From contig JAZKBV010000001.1 in assembly GCA_040388415.1 (NCBI GenBank), positions 138,369 through 202,368 on the forward strand: a stretch of DNA of 64,000 nucleotides. The letters run 5' to 3'. The position numbers and the translations under genes were made by a program. Origin of the DNA: Patescibacteria group bacterium. Lineage in GTDB: Bacteria; Patescibacteriota; Minisyncoccia; Phycocordibacterales; PALSA-1337. Shown one piece after another: positions 52,574-62,590 of this stretch (the stretch's first letter is position 1; each line of letters opens with the position of its first letter). The notes below the pieces were generated by a model. The model saw nothing but the letters and a program-made list of their open reading frames with translations, had not been told where the DNA came from and ran no database searches.

Positions 52574-53929
52574 ATGCCACGTAGAGTCCAAGACATCATA
52601 CCGGCTAACCGTCGGTCCATACGTGATATCCCTGCCAGTCAATCCTCAGCATACGAGGCCTCTCTTCGTACTCCTTCAAAAGACCAAAAAATCACTATCC
52701 ATCGCCAACACATTGCGCCTCCTGAACCGGTCGAGCCTCCAGTTGTACAGAAAAAGCCGCGCAAGCGTAAAAAGTTCCCATGGGCACTCAGCATCATCGG
52801 TGTCGTCGTGGTCTGCGCAGGTATTGGCTTCTTCATATCAAGCCATTTCGCTTCGGCCACATTCACGCTGACACCAAAAGTTTTACCAGTTGCAGTCAAT
52901 GGCACGTATATTATACCTGCAACATCGGCGACGACCTTCGGTTATGAAGTTACCACTCTTGCTGGCACTGCAAGCACCACTATCCCTGCGACACTTGGTA
53001 CATATACTGAAAGTAAAGCTCAAGGAAAGATTACTGTTTACAATGCATATAGCGCCCAGTCGCAACGCCTCGTCGCTGGCACGCGTTTGGCGGGCGAATC
53101 CGGACTCGTATATCGATTGACCAGTTCGATCGTTATCCCTGGCTACACCAAATCAGGCTCGACTATTCTCCCTGGTAGCATAGTGACGACAATAATCGCA
53201 GAAAAGGCTGGCGCAGATTATAATATTTCACGAGCTGATTCGATCAGTGATCTCAAAGTCATTGCATACAAAGGCACGATCAAATATGCCGGATTCTATG
53301 CACGTCTTGCGGGAGATGTTGTTGGAGGTTTTGCTGGCACAAAGACGATCGTCTCGCCTACGCTCCTCGCTTCGACAACCGCTCTCGTTCAAAATGATCT
53401 CATCTCGGATCTGCAGCGTCGTTTGATGAATACGATTCCTGAAGGTTATGTCATGTATCCGGGCGTGTACGCAAAAACAGTTACTGCACCTATGGTCACT
53501 TCAGTAGATGCAAAAAATGCGCGCATTGCAGTTGGTGCCACTGTATATGCGGTCATGTTTAAAAAAGTGGATTTTGCTCGATTCCTCGCAGGAGCTTCAT
53601 CGACCTCAATGTTCGGTGCCGCTGGATATACGACTCCTGATATCGATAGCATCTCATTTACTCTGGCAAATGCCAAAGACTTTGCTCCGCTCAAGAAAAC
53701 CAATATCGCTGCCCGTATCAATGGAGCTTTTAAGCTTGTTGGTTCTATCCCAACTGACACTATCAAGCACGGCGTAGCTGGTATTTCTCTCAGTAAAACG
53801 CGTGATATATTGAAAAAATACGCATCAGTTATCGATCTGACCAATAGCGCAGGAGAAATCAATCCTCCATGGGTCAGTACGGTGCCAACTGATGAAAGTC
53901 ACATATCGATCGTGGTCAAAACCCCCTAA
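52574..53929 (+). CDS. hypothetical bitopic membrane protein (cytoplasmic N-term, 1 TM, large Thr/Ala-rich exo-domain)
   Basis: 'KKPRKRKKFPWALSIIGVVVVCAGIGFFI' TM. No family recognised. Confidence 0.5.
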   Translation: MPRRVQDIIPANRRSIRDIPASQSSAYEASLRTPSKDQKITIHRQHIAPPEPVEPPVVQKKPRKRKKFPWALSIIGVVVVCAGIGFFISSHFASATFTLTPKVLPVAVNGTYIIPATSATTFGYEVTTLAGTASTTIPATLGTYTESKAQGKITVYNAYSAQSQRLVAGTRLAGESGLVYRLTSSIVIPGYTKSGSTILPGSIVTTIIAEKAGADYNISRADSISDLKVIAYKGTIKYAGFYARLAGDVVGGFAGTKTIVSPTLLASTTALVQNDLISDLQRRLMNTIPEGYVMYPGVYAKTVTAPMVTSVDAKNARIAVGATVYAVMFKKVDFARFLAGASSTSMFGAAGYTTPDIDSISFTLANAKDFAPLKKTNIAARINGAFKLVGSIPTDTIKHGVAGISLSKTRDILKKYASVIDLTNSAGEINPPWVSTVPTDESHISIVVKTP

Positions 53930-53993
53930 AAGGCCATATAAGGCTTGACACTTTTTCGTCGCTCTGCTAAGCTACCGAGACGTGCTCATTCGC

Positions 53994-54215
53994 ATGAATA
54001 CTACGAACCAAGCAAAGAAAATTCTTAAAGGCATAATAGTTGAAGCGTTGCCTGATACACTCTTCCGAGTTCAACTCGAGGATAGTGAAGAGATTATTCT
54101 TGCATATCTCGCCGGTAAGATGAGAATGAATCGTATCCGTGTCCTCGTCGGCGATAAAGTCGAGCTCGAACAGGATCAGTATGGAGGCAAGGCACGCATT
54201 ACGAGACGCTTTTAG
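53994..54215 (+). CDS. infA: translation initiation factor IF-1
   Basis: S1-like 'GIIVEALPDTLFRVQLEDSEEIILAYLAGKMRMNRIRVLVGDKVELE'. Confidence 0.85.
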   Translation: MNTTNQAKKILKGIIVEALPDTLFRVQLEDSEEIILAYLAGKMRMNRIRVLVGDKVELEQDQYGGKARITRRF

Positions 54216-54239
54216 AATATTTAGTAATACATACATCAC

Positions 54240-54356
54240 ATGCGCGTAAAAGCATCAGTCAAAAAAATATGTGCCAAGTGTAACGTAGTTCGCCGTGGTG
54301 GCTACGTCTATGTTGCATGTAAGTCGAACCCTCGTCACAAGCAACGTCAGGGATAA
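54240..54356 (+). CDS. rpmJ: 50S ribosomal protein bL36
   Basis: Manual translation gives [38 protein letters not shown] (38 aa). It falls below the ORF-track cutoff. Confidence 0.85.
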   Translation: MRVKASVKKICAKCNVVRRGGYVYVACKSNPRHKQRQG

Positions 54357-54385
54357 TCAAATAAATTTTTCAATATAACATTACT

Positions 54386-54766
54386 ATGAGAATCCTCGGT
54401 ATTACACTCCCAGAAAATAAGAGAATGGAAATCGCATTGACGGTTGTCTACGGTATTGGACGACCTCGTGCTCTCCATATTTTGAAGACAGTCGAAGTTG
54501 ATCCATCAGTCAAGCCAAAGGATCTCACTGTTGATCAGGAAAATGCGATTCGTAAGCTCATTGAAGGCTTCAAGATTGAAGGTGACCTCAAGCGTGAAGT
54601 TGCCGGTAACATCAAGCGTCTCAAGGATATCAAGACGTACCGTGGCAATCGTCACGCCCGTCATCTACCAGCTCGCGGTCAGCGCACCAAGACCAACTCT
54701 CGTACCGTCCGCGGTAACGTAAGAAAGACCATGGGATCTGGTCGCCGTAAGGAAGAGAAGACGTAG
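54386..54766 (+). CDS. rpsM: 30S ribosomal protein uS13
   Basis: 'MRILGITLPENKRMEIALTVVYGIGRPRA'. Confidence 0.95.
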   Translation: MRILGITLPENKRMEIALTVVYGIGRPRALHILKTVEVDPSVKPKDLTVDQENAIRKLIEGFKIEGDLKREVAGNIKRLKDIKTYRGNRHARHLPARGQRTKTNSRTVRGNVRKTMGSGRRKEEKT

Positions 54767-54815
54767 GCATGACACGAATCTACGAATCAAGCACGAATAC
54801 TACGAATCACGAATA
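54767..54815. repeat. ACGAAT tandem-repeat element (copy 2, five units)
   Basis: 'aCACGAATctACGAATcaagcACGAATactACGAATcACGAATacc'. Confidence 0.5.
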
Positions 54816-54844
54816 CCACAAATAATTAAACAAATAACAAACAC

Positions 54845-55285
54845 ATGGGAAAGAATAAAATCGCAACTGAAGACAAGACAACAAAAGCGCCAGCAACAGA
54901 TGCTGCGCCAAAGGTTGTTTCTGCTAGTTCAAAGAAGCGTGTCGAGTCAGGCATTCTCCATGTTCAGTCTACGTATAACAATACAAAGGTTATGTTGACT
55001 GATACAAAGGGTAACGCTCTCATGTGGGGTTCAAGTGGTGGTGCAGGTTTCCGTGGCGCAAAGAAAGGAACACCATTCGCAGCTGCAAAGGTTGGCGAAA
55101 CTCTCGCTCTCAAAGCGCAAGTTATCGGTCTCAAAGAGGTCGCTGTTGTTGTCAAAGGTGTCGGATCTGGCCGTGAATCAGCTATCCGCGGTTTCATCAG
55201 CAAGGGTGTTCTCATTACTTCTATCAAGGATGAGACTCCTGTGCCTTTCAATGGTCCAAAGCCAAAGAAGCCACGTCGTGTTTAG
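54845..55285 (+). CDS. rpsK: 30S ribosomal protein uS11
   Basis: 'GILHVQSTYNNTKVMLTDTKGNAL'. Confidence 0.95.
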   Translation: MGKNKIATEDKTTKAPATDAAPKVVSASSKKRVESGILHVQSTYNNTKVMLTDTKGNALMWGSSGGAGFRGAKKGTPFAAAKVGETLALKAQVIGLKEVAVVVKGVGSGRESAIRGFISKGVLITSIKDETPVPFNGPKPKKPRRV

Positions 55286-55321
55286 TCTTTATTTTAATTC
55301 ATAATTATTTAATTTACTCAT

Positions 55322-55927
55322 ATGCAAATTGGTCCACGATACAAAAAAGCTCGCTATCTCGGTGCCCCAGTCTTTCGCAAGACTCAGACACAGAAGTTTG
55401 CGTTGCGTTCTGAGGCAAAAACCAAGAACACAAAGCGTCGTGGCAACAAGAGTGAATTCGGCCGCCAGATGCTCGAAAAGCAAAAGGCTCGTTACAGTTA
55501 CGGTGTATCGGCTGGCCAGTTTAGCAAGTATGTTAAGCAGGCTCTCCAAACAACAGGTGACAACTCAAAGAACCTTCTCGGTATTCTTGAAGGTCGTCTC
55601 GATAACGTTGTTTTGCGCGCAGGTTTCGCTCTCAGTCGTTCAGCTGCTCGTCAGATGGTTTCTCACGGACATATCACCGTCAACGGCGTAAAGATCACTA
55701 TTCCTTCATACGAAGTTTCAGTCGGCGATACCATCACGATCCGCGAAGGCAGTAAGAACAAGGCCCTTTTTGCAAAATTGGACGAGGAGCTCAAGGCAGT
55801 CAAAGCTCCTGCATGGCTTGCGGTCAACCCAGAGACGAAAGTCATCAAGGTTGAAGGCATACCTGCGATTGACACGACTGAGCTTTTGTTCGATGTAAAG
55901 TCAGTGCTCGAGTTCTTCACACGCTAG
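55322..55927 (+). CDS. rpsD: 30S ribosomal protein uS4
   Basis: 'GPRYKKARYLG' N-terminus, plus an S4 domain. Confidence 0.95.
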   Translation: MQIGPRYKKARYLGAPVFRKTQTQKFALRSEAKTKNTKRRGNKSEFGRQMLEKQKARYSYGVSAGQFSKYVKQALQTTGDNSKNLLGILEGRLDNVVLRAGFALSRSAARQMVSHGHITVNGVKITIPSYEVSVGDTITIREGSKNKALFAKLDEELKAVKAPAWLAVNPETKVIKVEGIPAIDTTELLFDVKSVLEFFTR

Positions 55928-55983
55928 ACATTAGTAATTTTTAGTGTATAATTAATCGTCTATTTATTTTAATATAAAAAACC

Positions 55984-56949
55984 ATGACATACGACGTCAT
56001 TCTCCCATCAAAACCAAAGATCGTTCGTGAGGAAGGCATGAACGGTGTCTACGAAATCGACGGACTTTATCCGGGTTACGGTCACACGCTCGGCAACTCG
56101 CTCCGCCGTATTATTTTGTCGTCTTTGCCAGGTGCAGCTATCACAAAGGTCAAGATCGCTGGTGTCGAACACGAATTCTCAGCTATCAATGGCGTCAAAG
56201 AAGATGTCATCACTCTTTTGCTCAATATCAAGAAGCTCCGTATCCGTCTCACAGGCGACGAAGCAGTTGTTCTCAATCTCAAAGCTAAAGGTGTCTCAGA
56301 AGTTTCAGCAAAGGATATCGAAGTCCCTGGACAGGCTGAGATTTTGAACCCAGATCTCCATATCGCTTCACTTACCGACAAGTCATCAGCACTCGACATT
56401 GAACTCACGGTCGAGAAGGGTCTCGGCTATGTTCCAAAGGAAGTTCTACAAAAGGATCGCGTTGATATAGGCTCAATCACTCTCGATGCAGCGTTTACAC
56501 CTATTCGTAAGGCAAACTACGAAGTAGAGAACATGCGCGTCGGCGACCGTACAGACTTCAATCGTATCCGCTTGTCAATCGAGACAGATGGTACCATCAC
56601 TCCACGCGAAGCTCTCGAGCAGTCGATCACTCTCATGATCCACCAGCTCAAAGCTATTGTTGGTTTCAAGGAAGAGGAGGTTGTTGTCGAAGCAGTTGAT
56701 GCAGGCGACAAGGGTGAAGCTAAGTCAGACAAGATCGAGATGGACTCAGAACTCATGAAGACTCGTGTTGATTCTCTTGGTCTCTCTGGTCGTACCACAA
56801 AGGCTCTTGCAGCAGCGAACATCCGTACTCTTGGAGGCCTTGCACGCAAGAAGGAGTCAGATATCATGGATATCGATGGTCTCGGTGCAAAGGGCATTCA
56901 GGAGATCAAAAAGCTCCTTGCTGGCCATGGTATAACGATGAAGCAATAA
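55984..56949 (+). CDS. rpoA: DNA-directed RNA polymerase subunit alpha
   Basis: 'GYGHTLGNSLRRIILSSLPG' and a C-terminal alpha-CTD. Confidence 0.95.
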   Translation: MTYDVILPSKPKIVREEGMNGVYEIDGLYPGYGHTLGNSLRRIILSSLPGAAITKVKIAGVEHEFSAINGVKEDVITLLLNIKKLRIRLTGDEAVVLNLKAKGVSEVSAKDIEVPGQAEILNPDLHIASLTDKSSALDIELTVEKGLGYVPKEVLQKDRVDIGSITLDAAFTPIRKANYEVENMRVGDRTDFNRIRLSIETDGTITPREALEQSITLMIHQLKAIVGFKEEEVVVEAVDAGDKGEAKSDKIEMDSELMKTRVDSLGLSGRTTKALAAANIRTLGGLARKKESDIMDIDGLGAKGIQEIKKLLAGHGITMKQ

Positions 56950-56970
56950 TTTACGATTTAATTTACTACA

Positions 56971-57321
56971 ATGAGACACCATTCAAATGTGAGAAAATTC
57001 GGCCGAGAAAAGACACAGCGTCACGCTTTGATGCGTTCTCTTGCACGTAACTTGATCCGCGACGGTCGTATCCAGACTACTCTCGCAAAGGCAAAGGAAA
57101 CACGCCCTTTTGTCGAGAAGCTTGTCACCACAGCCAAGTCAGCTACTGTTGCTTCACGCCGTCTCCTCAGCACTCGTCTTCAGGGTGCTCCAGAGGTCAA
57201 GAAGCTTGTTGACGTCATCGCGCCAAAGTATGCTGATCGCAAGGGCGGTTACACTCGCATCGTTCGCATGCCAGATCGCGATTTGGACAACAGTCCGATG
57301 GCTTTGATCGAATTTGTATAA
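56971..57321 (+). CDS. rplQ: 50S ribosomal protein bL17
   Basis: 'MRHHSNVRKFGREKTQRHALMRSL'. Confidence 0.95.
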   Translation: MRHHSNVRKFGREKTQRHALMRSLARNLIRDGRIQTTLAKAKETRPFVEKLVTTAKSATVASRRLLSTRLQGAPEVKKLVDVIAPKYADRKGGYTRIVRMPDRDLDNSPMALIEFV

Positions 57322-57340
57322 TTATATTATTACCACCACC

Positions 57341-57694
57341 ATGAAATACACCATTGACGCAGCAGATAAAAAGATAGGACGTATCGCAAGTGAGGCAGCA
57401 GCTATCCTCATGGGCAAAAAGAGCACCTCGTTCGCAAAGAACACAGTCTCAGATGCTCAAGTTGAGATCATCAATGCAAAGCGTGCTTATATCACTGCAA
57501 AGAAAAAGGCTGGTGGTGTTGGTGATGATTATGTCCGCTACACCGGTTTCCGTGGTGGTATCAAGTCTCAGACACTCGGTGAAGTCATCGAGATCGGTGG
57601 TATGAAGCGCGTCTTCGAGCTCGCTGTCTACAGTATGCTCCCAAAGAACAAGCTCCGCGCGCCTCGCTTGAAGAATTTGACGATCAAAGAATAA
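57341..57694 (+). CDS. rplM: 50S ribosomal protein uL13
   Basis: 'KKIGRIASEAAAILMGK...YTGFRGG' and '...AVYSMLPKNKL'. Confidence 0.9.
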   Translation: MKYTIDAADKKIGRIASEAAAILMGKKSTSFAKNTVSDAQVEIINAKRAYITAKKKAGGVGDDYVRYTGFRGGIKSQTLGEVIEIGGMKRVFELAVYSMLPKNKLRAPRLKNLTIKE

Positions 57695-57703
57695 TACATT
57701 TAT

Positions 57704-58114
57704 ATGACTACAAAAATTCCTACAGGTAAATATTTTGAAGCAGTCGGTCGTCGCAAGACTGCTATCGCTCGCGTACGCCTTTTCATTGATTCAAAGAATC
57801 ACTATGTCGTTAATGATAAATCTCTCGAAGAGTACTTCCCAGTAAAGGAATACGCCACTGCAGTTTCTGATGCTATCGCAAAGGGCAAGCCAGCAGAGAA
57901 GTTTTTCGTTTCTATCAAGCTCGTCGGCGGCGGTATGTCAGCTCAGGCTGAAGCAGCTCGTCACGGCATCGCTCGTGCGCTCCTCGTCTATGATATAACT
58001 CTCCGTGGTCCTATCAAGAAGCTCGGTTTCCTCAAGCGTGACCCACGTGCAAAGGAGCGTCGTAAGTTCGGTTTCAAGAAGGCCCGCAAGTCTCCACAGT
58101 GGAGTAAGCGTTAG
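57704..58114 (+). CDS. rpsI: 30S ribosomal protein uS9
   Basis: 'AVGRRKTAIARVRL' and a C-terminal 'KKARKSPQWSKR'. Confidence 0.95.
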   Translation: MTTKIPTGKYFEAVGRRKTAIARVRLFIDSKNHYVVNDKSLEEYFPVKEYATAVSDAIAKGKPAEKFFVSIKLVGGGMSAQAEAARHGIARALLVYDITLRGPIKKLGFLKRDPRAKERRKFGFKKARKSPQWSKR

Positions 58115-58120
58115 TTTCAA

Positions 58121-58147
58121 AAACCGCCTGTTTGGCGGTTTTTTTGT
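58121..58147 (+). terminator. intrinsic terminator after rpsI
   Basis: 'aAACCGCCtgtttGGCGGTTttttttgtt'. Confidence 0.75.
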
Positions 58148-58263
58148 TGCAACAAATTATACTTATCCACTGCTTATCAACTTTTTACCATAAATCCGAG
58201 ATATACTTACCACCAGCACTTACTGGTCTTCTTTGTTTTATTACATTATTCACTCACACATAT

Positions 58264-58737
58264 ATGTTTTTCAATACTCTCCACAGCACTTTAGCAGAAT
58301 CAAATCCTGCCTACGCTTCTTGGCATAAGCATCCGCTCCACGCTATCACCCATTGGTCTGCTTTTTTTGCTCTGTCACTCATCGTTGCTGCGGGCCTTCT
58401 CCAACAGATCAGTATTACCATCGCAGAGAGCGGGGTTATCTCAACTTCTTCAGCCCAAGCTTTGAGTGCGCTTCGTGCCAACCGCACTACTTACATCGAT
58501 CCCAATCAACAACAGATCCTCTTCATTTGGAAGAGCGGTGTCAGTAAAGCAACACAGACCCAAGTCTTAAAGCGTGAGGGTATCACTCTTGTCCAGGGAA
58601 CCAATCCGCTCGGGGTTAATGTTGGCCTTATCACTGACTCAGATACACCAGAAGAAGCTGTTCAACGTTTGAGCGATATAGAAAGCGCCTATGTAAGTGC
58701 TGCCATGGTTGATTATATAGGCGTCAAATCACGTTAA
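58264..58737 (+). CDS. hypothetical membrane-anchored small protein
   Basis: Internal Met of ORF 58132..58737. The longer form would overlap the terminator. Has a TM 'AFFALSLIVAAGLL'. Confidence 0.4.
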   Translation: MFFNTLHSTLAESNPAYASWHKHPLHAITHWSAFFALSLIVAAGLLQQISITIAESGVISTSSAQALSALRANRTTYIDPNQQQILFIWKSGVSKATQTQVLKREGITLVQGTNPLGVNVGLITDSDTPEEAVQRLSDIESAYVSAAMVDYIGVKSR

Positions 58738-58756
58738 TCTTTTTCATTTCAATCCT

Positions 58757-61540
58757 ATGAACAAAACAACCAATGCATCTCTCATCTTCGGTGGACTCGC
58801 ACTCATCGCTTTTGTCGTCGTCTCCACTGCAGCGTATCAGTCGCTCGCTTTCATTTTCAATCCTGCGACTCAAGTTGCCCAGGTAACAGGAGCAGGAGGA
58901 TTGCAGTTTAGTGTAGATGAACTCGGGGTTCAGAATCTATCCTATAACAACTATAAGTTAATATCTGCATCAAATGCGGGTGGCTACGGCGCGTTTTATG
59001 GAGATAAAATCCGATATCACGTACCAGTTTTTCAGACACCAGGGGGTGCAACGATAACTCCTGATTCGTCGGAGGCTTCAACGACACTCGCAAATCCGCT
59101 TCCTTGGGCAAGCACTGGAGCAGCGACATGTCCTGTAACAAAAACAAACGAACAGTGTTACAAACAGATATTTCGTCAAGGATTGAAGGACAGCTATACG
59201 ATCAATGTTGAATTGAGTTCGTTCGATAGCAACACGATGTTGGCTGATGTTTATTTAACGAACAATGATACAACTGATACGATTGTTTCATTTAATTATA
59301 ATGATTGGCTCGGAACAGGTATGTATATTCCTGATCTTGCGTTAAATCAGTGGTTTGGTAATTTCACGGTAAATCCAGTAGCGTTCATACCTGGGGCGAC
59401 ATGGGGCAATCTAGCAGTATTTTCAACTGATTATGGTAAAAAGGCCCAACTAACCACAAGAAATGATTATGCCACTGTTGGCGTGACTACACCGCCAACA
59501 AACGTAAATCTATTGTGGGATTTTTCTGTCACTGAACACATCGGTCCAGGACAAACATTCCACTATCCACTCTACTTCCGTTTTAGCGGCTTGAGTAGTA
59601 CGGCTATGTCGCTTGCATCAGAAGCGTATGCCTCATATGCATCATCGCATCCACTCTTAAATGACTGGACAGATCGCAGACCTATCACTCGTTGGTTCAT
59701 GGCAGAAGGAACTGCACACACAAGCAAGCTCAATCCACGCGGATATCTCTGGGATGCAAATTTGGATGTGTCGAATCAAACAAATTTCAACACTCAAATT
59801 TTGAATAAGACAGATGAGATCGTCACCCGCATGAATGGCATGGATCCAAAACCACAAGGTATCGTTGTGTGGGATTTGGAAGGTGAAGAGTTCTCTCAAT
59901 ATTTCACGTATGTTGGATATCCAAACAAGCTCCATGATATGGCGCCTGAGATGGACGCTGTTGCCGATCAGATGTTCCAAAAATTCCGCACTGCTGGATA
60001 CAAGATCGGTATTACACTACGACCAGGAGATTTCCAGACGGGGACATTAGCTAACAGACCAACTACATGTCACGGCGGGGATTATAACTATGATACGGAC
60101 GATATTTATATAGCGACTGATGTAGCGTACCCGAATCGTGCGTATGATTGCGTGGCACCAAATACCTGGCAGCAACGAGACCGTACGGGTATCTTCCATC
60201 AGCATTCACCAGCAGATGACGCTACACTTTTGGCTAATTTGAAGAGCAAGGTTACGTATGCGTACAACCGTTGGGGCGTGACGATGTTCTATGTTGACAG
60301 TACCGTATATAGCGACCGTGGCGGAGGTAATCCATTCAATAGTCAGATATTTACCGACCTTATGACGTATTTGAAAACTACTGCACCTTATAGTAGTACC
60401 AAATTTGTATTTTTCCCAGAAAATGAAAACCGTGATTTCTTCTCGTCAACAGCGCCCTACAATCAAGTGGACAATGGCATATTTACCACTAGTCAGGATG
60501 CAAAAAATATCTGGCCTAAGGCTTTCTCGATTTTGGCCCATGTAAATGTGGATGGAAACCTACAGCATCCAGAATGGAAAGCTAACTATGTCCAGAGTAT
60601 CAAAGATGGAAACATTTTCTTCGAAGAAGGTATTTGGTATGCGCCAGATGAGATCGTGTCACAGTTGTATCATGATGCAGGTATCACTAACGCCACATTA
60701 GGAATTGGTTCAACTACTCCACCAACCCCTCCTGCTACCACTTACACCCTTAGCTATACTGCTGGCGCAAACGGCAGTATCACCGGCTCACTTACCCAGA
60801 CAGTCAACGCTGGAGCGAATGGTAGCACTGTCATTGCAGTTGCTAACACGGGGTATCACCTCGTTGATTGGTCAGACGGATCTACTGCTAACCCACGAAC
60901 AGATACGAGTGTCGGAGCTAACCTTAGCGTTATCGCAAACTTCGTGCAGGATACGGTCGTCATCATTCCTGATACCACCGCACCAACTGCGCCTTCTAAC
61001 CTCAAGGCAACTGCGCCAAACTCAAGTTCAGTCAACCTCAATTGGACTGCCTCTGTCGACAATGTTGGCATCACGGGCTATGCCATCACCAGGAATGGTC
61101 AAGTCATCGCTACAACTCCAACTGCCTCATACACTGACAGTGCTGTTGTCTCTGGTACTACGTATACCTATTCTGTCGTCGCATCTGACGCTGCCGGCAA
61201 TCTCTCAGCTCCGAGTAATGGGGCAACAGTGACCGTACCAGTGGTGAGCGGTCCAACACCTGTAGCGATCGTCTCATTCTCTGTCTCACAAAAGACAGCT
61301 ACAACAGCAACCATTAAATGGACGACGAGCGTCGCATCAACCGGTAGTATCTCGTATGGCCTTACTAACAAGGCTACTGGTTCTATCGTTAACGATACCA
61401 ATCTGACGACGTTGCACGTGCTGACCATCTCTGGCTTAACAAAGGCAACAAAATATTATTTCAAGATTACGGCTACTAATCCTGTTAATGGAACGCAGAC
61501 AGTATCAACAGTTTCTAACTTTAGGACGCAGGCGAAGTAG
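58757..61540 (+). CDS. large secreted/surface protein: N-terminal putative glycoside-hydrolase-like domain + Flg_new (InlB B-repeat) + FN3 + Ig-like repeats
   Basis: Signal/TM 'LIFGGLALIAFVVVSTAAY'. Flg_new repeat 'YTLSYTAGANGSITGS...GYHLVDWSDGSTANPRTDTSVGANLSVIANF'. FN3 'PSNLKATAPNSSSVNLNWTASVDNVGITGYAITRNGQ'. A second FN3-like module sits at the C-terminus. Confidence 0.75.
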   Translation: MNKTTNASLIFGGLALIAFVVVSTAAYQSLAFIFNPATQVAQVTGAGGLQFSVDELGVQNLSYNNYKLISASNAGGYGAFYGDKIRYHVPVFQTPGGATITPDSSEASTTLANPLPWASTGAATCPVTKTNEQCYKQIFRQGLKDSYTINVELSSFDSNTMLADVYLTNNDTTDTIVSFNYNDWLGTGMYIPDLALNQWFGNFTVNPVAFIPGATWGNLAVFSTDYGKKAQLTTRNDYATVGVTTPPTNVNLLWDFSVTEHIGPGQTFHYPLYFRFSGLSSTAMSLASEAYASYASSHPLLNDWTDRRPITRWFMAEGTAHTSKLNPRGYLWDANLDVSNQTNFNTQILNKTDEIVTRMNGMDPKPQGIVVWDLEGEEFSQYFTYVGYPNKLHDMAPEMDAVADQMFQKFRTAGYKIGITLRPGDFQTGTLANRPTTCHGGDYNYDTDDIYIATDVAYPNRAYDCVAPNTWQQRDRTGIFHQHSPADDATLLANLKSKVTYAYNRWGVTMFYVDSTVYSDRGGGNPFNSQIFTDLMTYLKTTAPYSSTKFVFFPENENRDFFSSTAPYNQVDNGIFTTSQDAKNIWPKAFSILAHVNVDGNLQHPEWKANYVQSIKDGNIFFEEGIWYAPDEIVSQLYHDAGITNATLGIGSTTPPTPPATTYTLSYTAGANGSITGSLTQTVNAGANGSTVIAVANTGYHLVDWSDGSTANPRTDTSVGANLSVIANFVQDTVVIIPDTTAPTAPSNLKATAPNSSSVNLNWTASVDNVGITGYAITRNGQVIATTPTASYTDSAVVSGTTYTYSVVASDAAGNLSAPSNGATVTVPVVSGPTPVAIVSFSVSQKTATTATIKWTTSVASTGSISYGLTNKATGSIVNDTNLTTLHVLTISGLTKATKYYFKITATNPVNGTQTVSTVSNFRTQAK

Positions 61541-61632
61541 CGCGCATAAGCTATTGCCGATAAGCTGATAATGTTGTATATTAGTGTAAACTGTTTTTTC
61601 CAAAATCAAAACAAACAACCAATTCGCTGCTT

Positions 61633-62007
61633 ATGAAAATCAAAAGATTGTGGACGTTGTTGCTGAATATTATCGCAACTCCATTTAACCGTATCCGTGA
61701 CATCCTTGTCGAGTTGAAGCGTGACAAGGCGCAACTCCGCGGGTTCAGGTTGGTGACCGCTCTTAATCATGAAGATGGTTATAGCCATCACGTTCTTCAT
61801 TATGTGCGTAAAGAGATCGAGCACGTTCGTGAACATTATCGTTTCGCGTATGTTCAACTCGGCCTCATTGACTGGGCTGATCTAAACAATCGGATCGCTA
61901 TGGCTGAGGCGCGTTGGGAGCTGAAGTATAAAAAAGAAGAATCTTCGTCCGTGACCGGTTCCTCGACACCGCTGCTTCAGCCACCACCGACGGTCAGGAT
62001 TTGCTAA
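61633..62007 (+). CDS. hypothetical protein
   Basis: 124-aa ORF. Confidence 0.4.
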   Translation: MKIKRLWTLLLNIIATPFNRIRDILVELKRDKAQLRGFRLVTALNHEDGYSHHVLHYVRKEIEHVREHYRFAYVQLGLIDWADLNNRIAMAEARWELKYKKEESSSVTGSSTPLLQPPPTVRIC

Positions 62008-62133
62008 ATTGTCCATCATCACTCGCCACTGCCTCAAAAACGGTGGTGTTTTTATTGTATTTATATGCTATGTACGTTACATTTACACAGGAGTAATTTT
62101 GCAGTTAAAATTCAATCAAACGAAAGGCATTTC

Positions 62134-62529
62134 ATGTTAACAATGCTGCTCAGGCTTATTCTCAGGTTTATTCACTGGGTTCAATCAATCTATTACCACA
62201 AGTATCCAAATAGATGGCGCTCCCGGCGTCGCGCAAAAGCCGAGGTGTACGGATATCTTCGTCGCTTGAGGGACGGTCACATTGATCCACTTAATCTTGT
62301 TCTTGAAATAACTCAGCGCATGAAGGAGTTTAATCTGGCGCCGATTGAGTTTGGTTTAAAGTCAAAAAAAGATCTTGGACATCTCGCCCTCCGCTCGTTG
62401 GAAGCATGTGCTGAGAAAAAAATATTGGCAAAGAAACTTGATCAACAAACTGCTGACAAGGAGTGGGGTGCACTGTATGATGCGCTCAAAAAACTGGACA
62501 TCCTTCATCGTGGCGGCAAGATGGTTTGA
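62134..62529 (+). CDS. hypothetical protein (131 aa)
   Basis: Internal ATG with a 'GAAAGG' SD 6 nt upstream. Precedes grpE. Confidence 0.4.
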   Translation: MLTMLLRLILRFIHWVQSIYYHKYPNRWRSRRRAKAEVYGYLRRLRDGHIDPLNLVLEITQRMKEFNLAPIEFGLKSKKDLGHLALRSLEACAEKKILAKKLDQQTADKEWGALYDALKKLDILHRGGKMV

Positions 62530-62590
62530 TCATAGCGGTCACAACTGGTTCTCTTTGCAGAGGACCGGTTTTTTATATATACTTCTCTCT

